From Candidatus Geocrenenecus huangii (GTDB lineage: Archaea; Thermoproteota; Nitrososphaeria_A; Caldarchaeales; Wolframiiraptoraceae), in assembly GCA_023254095.1 (NCBI GenBank), contig JALNLM010000002.1, positions 96,001 to 160,000 of the forward strand: a DNA stretch of 64,000 bases. The letters are read 5' to 3'. Numbering within the stretch: position 1 is the stretch's first letter; the number at the start of each line of letters is the position of its first letter. Shown here piece after piece: positions 58,814 through 64,000 of the stretch. The position numbers and the translations under genes were made by a program. The notes under the pieces are model-generated. The model made no database searches. It had not been told where the DNA came from and saw only the letters and a program-made list of their open reading frames with translations.

Positions 58814-58957
58814 ATGCCCAAGAAGAAAGCTGCAAAGAAGAAGGGGGCAAAGAAGGCTGCAAAGAAGAAAGGAGCGAAGAAGGCTGCAAAAAAAGCTAGG
58901 AGACCGAAGAAGGCTGCTCCTAAACCAGCGCCAGCAGAAGAAGTTACTGGAGCTTAG
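58814..58957 (+). CDS. 47-aa histone-H1-tail-like Lys/Ala-rich basic peptide (not in ORF track)
   Basis: MPKKKAAKKKGAKKAAKKKGAKKAAKKARRPKKAAPKPAPAEEVTGA, with its own promoter, SD and T-rich terminator. The repeat copies differ at synonymous sites. Confidence 0.82.
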   Translation: MPKKKAAKKKGAKKAAKKKGAKKAAKKARRPKKAAPKPAPAEEVTGA

Positions 58958-58983
58958 AATGCCTAACTGAGTAAGGCCCCCAC

Positions 58984-59000
58984 TATTTTTCTTTTTTTAT
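58984..59000 (+). terminator. oligo-T archaeal terminator
   Basis: TATTTTTCTTTTTTTAT shortly after the peptide stop codon. Confidence 0.6.
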
Positions 59001-59549
59001 TTACCAAGCTGGATATTCTTCTTCTACTTTAGCCTCCTTATTCTTTGATGAAACAATATTGAGGATTAGATAGGCGCTTGTAGCTGAGATTATCGTAGGC
59101 ACAGATAAGAAGAATATAATGTCTAGAGACCTGTATAAGAAAAGGTCTGACATCACTAAATCTATTTCTGACAACCATGTAATACTATTACTCCATAAGG
59201 AATATAGCATAAAATTTGAGAATATCCAGAAACAGAAAATTATAGATGCGGATGTAAAGACTATCTTTGCTGCCCTGACAGGCTCCCCTGTTAGAAACCC
59301 TATGAATAATGAACTTATGATCCAGATTAAAAGAGGCCATACGCCTAAGTTTAATCCACTGCCTAGAGATGGTGCACCTAAAGCTGAAGAAAGAGGCGTA
59401 AGAAGGAAAGAATATATATCATGTAGTAATTTCAGTAAACCTAACTGTAGTGGAAACTCGGGTGACCAAACTGTACCGCTAAACGCTACCATTGACCCAA
59501 GAGTTAATGAGGCTGTCATCGTCCCTAAACCTATAAGAAAACTCTTCAT
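59001..59549 (-). CDS. hypothetical membrane protein
   Basis: About 4 TM segments. Start likely at MKSFLIGLG (ATG 59549), downstream of a GAAAGATTTAT promoter-like element. Confidence 0.65.
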   Translation of the reverse strand: MKSFLIGLGTMTASLTLGSMVAFSGTVWSPEFPLQLGLLKLLHDIYSFLLTPLSSALGAPSLGSGLNLGVWPLLIWIISSLFIGFLTGEPVRAAKIVFTSASIIFCFWIFSNFMLYSLWSNSITWLSEIDLVMSDLFLYRSLDIIFFLSVPTIISATSAYLILNIVSSKNKEAKVEEEYPAW

Positions 59550-59834
59550 ACCCTTCCTAGCATCTAAGAGTGAAGGGATAAATCTTTCTAGACTATTACT
59601 GCAGAATACTGACAAATGGATTCTCTTGGTAATCTGTCGAGACTATGCCGATAGGTCAAGCCTTAGGATTCCGGGAGCCAATAGGACGTATGTGAAGTTA
59701 CGTTCTCGAGTAAACATTTTGACTCCCACAGGAATAATTATAAATATAAGCTTAGAATTATCTGGATGTTGGAGATAGATGATCCTAGGCTCCTCCTGTT
59801 AGGAGACTAATACGTTGGTATCGGGGGGTCAGGG

Positions 59835-60161
59835 ATGGCCTGGCTAACAGGCTTCATATTAAGTGAGAGATTCAAGCAGAGTGGTAGAAGCAAGAATAGG
59901 AGAGACTACATAATAGACTTCCCAGGTGTAAGTGATAAAGAGACTGCCTCTCTTCTAACTGGTAAAAGAGTAGAGTATAGAGATAAGTCTGTAAGGATTA
60001 CTGGTCAGATCATCAAGACGCATGGTGTTAATGGGAGACTTAGAGCTAGATTCACTAAACCTCTTCCTGGGAGGTTCTGGGATGGTAGAGTATTCCTCCG
60101 ACTAGACAAGTCTATTCTTGAACTAGCTAAATCTGGAGAGCCCTCTTCTCAAACTGTTTAA
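59835..60161 (+). CDS. rpl35ae: 50S ribosomal protein eL33 (L35Ae)
   Basis: LTGKRV.Y and ITGQIIKTHGVNGRLRARFTKPLPG motifs. Confidence 0.9.
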   Translation: MAWLTGFILSERFKQSGRSKNRRDYIIDFPGVSDKETASLLTGKRVEYRDKSVRITGQIIKTHGVNGRLRARFTKPLPGRFWDGRVFLRLDKSILELAKSGEPSSQTV

Positions 60162-61704
60162 AATATCTTCTGATGACTTCTTGTATGGTGTCAGCTTCCA
60201 CAGGTCTTTTATCTAGTCTAATCCTAGTTATCCTGGCGAACCTCAATGCTAGACCCGACCTATACTTACTGCTCTTCTGGATCTCATTATATGCGACTTC
60301 CACAACTATCTCTGGCTTAACACTTATAGTATATCCTTCTTCGCCGATCTTTAATTCTAGCAGTTTCTTGGTAATCCATTCGAATTCATCATCAGTTAAG
60401 CCTTTAAAAGTTTTGCCAACGATCTCAAATCCCCCCGTCTCGGGGTCGTAAGCTGCAAGATGATAATTACTTAGCCAACCAGTCCTCCTACCGTAACCAT
60501 AATCGGCCTTAATAATTACTAGGTCAAGAGTTTCTGAGGGCTTAATCTTAAGCCAAAGCTTCTCTCTCCTACCAGGCTTGTACTTTCCATCAAGTTTCTT
60601 TAACATTATCCCTTCATGACCTGCATTGGTGGCTGATTCTAAGAATTCTTTAACATCCTTCTCTGAATAGGCTATCCTTCTAGGAATCAGCAGGTCGGGG
60701 GATGATATGCTTTTTAGCTTATTCCATCGTTCAAAGTATGGTAGATCCATGAGTTCTAGACCATCTAGGTAAAGTATATCGAAGAGGTATAATCTCAATG
60801 GTATTTGCAGGTCTTCTTCAAAAGTTCTGGTTCTCCTAAACCTTCTTAGGAGTACTTGGAACGGTAGAGGCCGATTTGACGAATCTACGGCTATTATTTC
60901 CCCATCCAATACGGCAATGCATTTCTTAACATTCTTTTCTACTTGCTCAATTACATCTGGGATACTTTCAGTTATATCTTTCAGCCCCCTCGAGAATATT
61001 TTCACACCATTGTATCCGACGTGGATTTGGACTCTCGCTCCATCTACTTTGTATTCTAGAGCATACATTACGTTAGGCTCCTTGAATAATTCTCGTATGT
61101 CTTGGCATTGTTCCGCCAACATGGGTTTTACAGGCCTATATACTTCTAGCCTTATAGATTCAACTATCCCGCCACCGTGAATCTTTAACTGTTTAGCCAA
61201 TTCACCGATGTCTCCCACTAGCATATACGCTCTATGAATATGTTCGAGTGAAACACCTCCTATTTCTGCTAAGGCCTCTAACAGTACTCCCTCGTTTACT
61301 CCATGTTGCATTTCTCCAATCACTATTTTCATAAACCACTCACGTTCAACTTCATCCATCCTCGCTAGAAGCCCTAAAATAATATTCTTCTTCTTTTCTC
61401 TAGAGCCGTAACCCTTAATCTTAGCTATCTCAAGAAGTTTCTCTGCAACGTCATTAATGGTTAGAGGTTCGTGCATCAAAGTCGACTGCATATCGCGTAT
61501 CTCTATCAAAGTGTTGTATCCTACGTCTAGTTCATCACTCATATTTTCAGGGAGAGGCTTACCTATGAGTAAACGTGAAGCATATTCTACTTGTATCGGG
61601 TCAAGGTTTCTTAGAAATCTGACTATTAGTGAGACCTTATCCTTTCTACCAAAAGTTTCCTTAAGCCTCTCACATAACTCAGATAACTCTTTGAAAGTAG
61701 TCAT
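60127..61704 (-). CDS. lig: ATP-dependent DNA ligase
   Basis: KPMLA, adenylation motif EYKVDGARVQIH, LDGEI, LFDIL, EGIMLK, WLKIK and LRFAR. Confidence 0.95.
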   Translation of the reverse strand: MTTFKELSELCERLKETFGRKDKVSLIVRFLRNLDPIQVEYASRLLIGKPLPENMSDELDVGYNTLIEIRDMQSTLMHEPLTINDVAEKLLEIAKIKGYGSREKKKNIILGLLARMDEVEREWFMKIVIGEMQHGVNEGVLLEALAEIGGVSLEHIHRAYMLVGDIGELAKQLKIHGGGIVESIRLEVYRPVKPMLAEQCQDIRELFKEPNVMYALEYKVDGARVQIHVGYNGVKIFSRGLKDITESIPDVIEQVEKNVKKCIAVLDGEIIAVDSSNRPLPFQVLLRRFRRTRTFEEDLQIPLRLYLFDILYLDGLELMDLPYFERWNKLKSISSPDLLIPRRIAYSEKDVKEFLESATNAGHEGIMLKKLDGKYKPGRREKLWLKIKPSETLDLVIIKADYGYGRRTGWLSNYHLAAYDPETGGFEIVGKTFKGLTDDEFEWITKKLLELKIGEEGYTISVKPEIVVEVAYNEIQKSSKYRSGLALRFARITRIRLDKRPVEADTIQEVIRRYFKQFEKRALQI

Positions 61705-61871
61705 CCCTACACTAATAGATAAAAGATTACTCCTGATATATCTTCACTTCCAGATGGACTGATGCGAAATATACTAAGACTATAATTGCGTAGATACAGA
61801 CTATATATAAGCACCGGATAAATGCAGACTCTCAACCGTTAATGTTAAAATTCTAGCTTTAGAAATTTTAC

Positions 61872-62087
61872 ATGAAAGAGATGTCTAGCAGTAAAGTTGA
61901 AGGAAAGATCCTATATCAATGTGTTTGGTGTAAAAGAATCTTCGAGAAGGAGATGCTTTCTAGGGTTGCTGAGACTAGGTGTCCGTATTGTGGTTTTAAC
62001 GTTATAAAGAAAGCAAAGCCTTTCAGAGCTAAGCTGATAACTACTTCTGAACTTAGCAAGGAGCAGAGGATCCTAACTGGGAGTTAG
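61872..62087 (+). CDS. rpoP: RNA polymerase subunit Rpo12 (P)
   Basis: YQCVWC...RCPYCGFNVIKKAKP zinc ribbon. Confidence 0.85.
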   Translation: MKEMSSSKVEGKILYQCVWCKRIFEKEMLSRVAETRCPYCGFNVIKKAKPFRAKLITTSELSKEQRILTGS

Positions 62088-62167
62088 CGTGCCCTGATGC
62101 CTGTTCTCTTATATTGTACTTCTAGAAAAATATGAGATGATTGCTGACGTCTTTAGGGAAGTAGAAG

Positions 62168-62548
62168 TTATGGTTTTCTGCCTCTTATCTCTACGATCTT
62201 CTTTATGATCTCTTCGAGGAAGTCTTTCGATGCACCGGGGTCTATTATTGAAACGCTACTTGCTGGTACGCTTATTCCAGCTGCTTCTCCTAAGCTCTTC
62301 TTGCTTGAAACAAAAGTATACGGGATCTTCTTTTCATCGCATAAGTGTGGTATGAAAGCAACTATTTCAGGCGGGTCAACATCTGTAGCTATTACGACGA
62401 ATCTTGCTTGACCTCTTTCGATAGATTTGATGACTTCGTTTACGCCTTTTCTTATCTTTCCAGATTCTCTAGCCATCCTTACGATTTCAAGAGTGGCCTT
62501 CATAAGTTCGTCTGGTGGGTTGAAGGTTTGATAACTCGGATTAGGCAT
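62168..62548 (-). CDS. rpl7ae: 50S ribosomal protein L7Ae (also the K-turn-binding sRNP core protein)
   Basis: GKIRKGVNEVIKSIERG, DVDPPEIV and LGEAAGI motifs. Confidence 0.97.
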   Translation of the reverse strand: MPNPSYQTFNPPDELMKATLEIVRMARESGKIRKGVNEVIKSIERGQARFVVIATDVDPPEIVAFIPHLCDEKKIPYTFVSSKKSLGEAAGISVPASSVSIIDPGASKDFLEEIIKKIVEIRGRKP

Positions 62549-62757
62549 GTGCCTTCATCTCCATTTACCTATCAGAGATAGTAAACTGCCTATACAAATA
62601 CGTTATGTTAACGTGAATTGACCAATCTAAATTAAGTCTTGACTATTTTTCTCCACTCTAACTTAAATAGTCGACTATAACGAGTGGGCTGAAATATTCC
62701 GTACTACATATTTTCACTAGCTAAAGATTTATTCATACCCAATTCCACTTATCACAT

Positions 62758-63252
62758 ATGATTAATAGGCTAAAGTTTGATGTAGTAGATGTAAAAATCC
62801 CCGAAGGATGTAATCTCATCTTTGGAATATCGCATTTCATAAAGACTGTAGAAGATGTTTACGAAGCGATTGTCAATTCTGTTCCCGGAGCAAAGTTTGG
62901 GATAGCGTTTGCAGAAGCAAGTGGACCATGCCTTATTAGACATGAAGGAACAGATGAAGAACTTAGAAAAATTGCAGCTGAAACACTTTTAAGAATAGGG
63001 TGCGGTCATACCTTTCTCATCGTGATGAGGAACTTCTACCCGATAAATATAATGGAAAAACTTAAACACGTCTCAGAGGTCTGTACGATATTAGCGGCTA
63101 CAGCTAACCCGCTGCAAGTCATAGTTGTTGAGACGGAGCAAGGAAGAGGAGTGCTAGGAGTAATAGATGGGTACAAATCTAAAGGAATAGAAGATGAAAA
63201 ACACATAGAAGAAAGAAGAGCATTCCTGCGAAGAATCGGATATAAATTTTAA
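62758..63252 (+). CDS. adenosine-specific kinase family protein (DUF355-like)
   Basis: SHFIKTVED, FAEASGPCLIR, GHTF, ATANP and GRGVLGVIDG motifs. Confidence 0.85.
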   Translation: MINRLKFDVVDVKIPEGCNLIFGISHFIKTVEDVYEAIVNSVPGAKFGIAFAEASGPCLIRHEGTDEELRKIAAETLLRIGCGHTFLIVMRNFYPINIMEKLKHVSEVCTILAATANPLQVIVVETEQGRGVLGVIDGYKSKGIEDEKHIEERRAFLRRIGYKF

Positions 63253-63395
63253 CAAAATATTTCTAGACAATTAAATCAACCAACATAGGCTCTCTAACTC
63301 ATTACTCGGTAATCTGTATTTTGAAGTTGCCTAAAACGGATAAATAAGGAAAGTTCATCAAGTAGCTCAAGGAATAAAATTACGAAGTCTGGAAG

Positions 63396-64000
63396 ATGAA
63401 GACGGAAGAGCTCGTATTGAAATGGGCTTTGAAGAATGCGTTAGAACATGGAGGCAAGGCTCTACAAAATGCGGTATTATCGAAGATAATTGGAGAAGAC
63501 CCCTCTCTAAAAGCTAGAATAAAAGAAGTATTAGCTCTCGTCGAAGAGATCGTAAATCAAGTGAATTCTATGAGTATAGATGAGCAGAAGGCTCTACTCG
63601 AAGAAATATCTCCAGAGCTCCTAGTATATGAAAAGAAAGTAGAGGAAAAGAAGCTACCACCTTTACCCAACGCTATTAAAGGAAGAGTTGTTACACGTCT
63701 TCCACCTGAGCCGAGTGGATACATGCATATAGGTCATGCTATGAGTGGTATATTAAACTATGTTTATGCTAAGATGTATGATGGTAAAGTATGGTTGAGG
63801 TTTGAAGATACAGACCCTAGGAAAATTAAGCTTGAATACTATGAAAGTTTTAGGAGAGGATATAGATGGCTCGGGATAGAATGGGATTATGAAAAAAACA
63901 ATAGTGAAGATATAGATCTGTTTTATGATTATGCAGAGAAGATAATAGAGATGGGGAGAGCGTATGTATGCTTCTGCGACCCTGAGAGGATAAAATCTCT
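63396..64000 (+). CDS. gltX: glutamate--tRNA ligase (5' part, runs off the window)
   Basis: MKTEELVLKWALKNALEHGGKA...LPPLPNA.KGRVVTRLPPEPSGYMHIGH...LRFEDTDP. Confidence 0.95.
   Translation, partial: MKTEELVLKWALKNALEHGGKALQNAVLSKIIGEDPSLKARIKEVLALVEEIVNQVNSMSIDEQKALLEEISPELLVYEKKVEEKKLPPLPNAIKGRVVTRLPPEPSGYMHIGHAMSGILNYVYAKMYDGKVWLRFEDTDPRKIKLEYYESFRRGYRWLGIEWDYEKNNSEDIDLFYDYAEKIIEMGRAYVCFCDPERIKS

Noticed and set aside
59549-59717. In-frame upstream ATG (59717) with a single TAG before the membrane protein, suggesting readthrough or pyrrolysine
   Set aside because: A promoter-like element sits just upstream of ATG 59549, the extension is not protein-like, and no pyl genes are present.
59119-59778. 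219-aa plus-strand ORF
   Set aside because: Antisense to the membrane protein gene and runs through promoter regions; no recognisable domain.
62530-62600. Possible autoregulatory K-turn in the rpl7ae leader
   Set aside because: Hairpins can be drawn, but I could not place tandem G-A/A-G pairs next to a 3-nt bulge.
1-64000. CRISPR arrays, rRNA genes, transposases, integrases or proviral genes
   Set aside because: No regularly spaced repeats, long GC-rich structural RNA tracts or mobile-element motifs were seen by eye; short MITEs could have been missed.

Overview
A gene-dense archaeal chromosome segment (about 38-40% GC by eye). It most resembles a thermophilic TACK-lineage genome, Aigarchaeota/Thaumarchaeota-like, inferred from the eL33, L7Ae, Rpo12, Spt5, aEF-1beta, arcadin-1 and cofE genes and the rpl12-alaS arrangement. 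Most of it is housekeeping: the secE-spt5-L11-L1-L10-L12 region, four aminoacyl-tRNA synthetases (alaS, valS, asnS, partial gltX), three tRNAs (two with introns), a pyrimidine/purine cluster, DNA repair genes and transporters. No CRISPR array, rRNA or intact mobile element is visible. Most notable: (1) a two-subunit heme-copper oxidoreductase with a His-to-Asp active-site helix and no CuA ligands (gNOR-like), inserted with a stop-interrupted Cys-containing Bat-type regulator between rpl1 and rpl10; (2) two sub-60-aa ORFs missed by the ORF track, a histone-H1-tail-like Lys/Ala peptide and a poly-Glu/aromatic peptide; (3) a lactonase / hydroxyacid-oxoacid transhydrogenase / GlcD-GlcF operon that reads as a lactone or 4-hydroxybutyrate catabolic module; (4) an ECF transporter embedded in a purine salvage cluster; (5) two box C/D guide RNAs and a stand-alone arcadin-1 homolog. 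All family calls come from motif recognition, not database searches.
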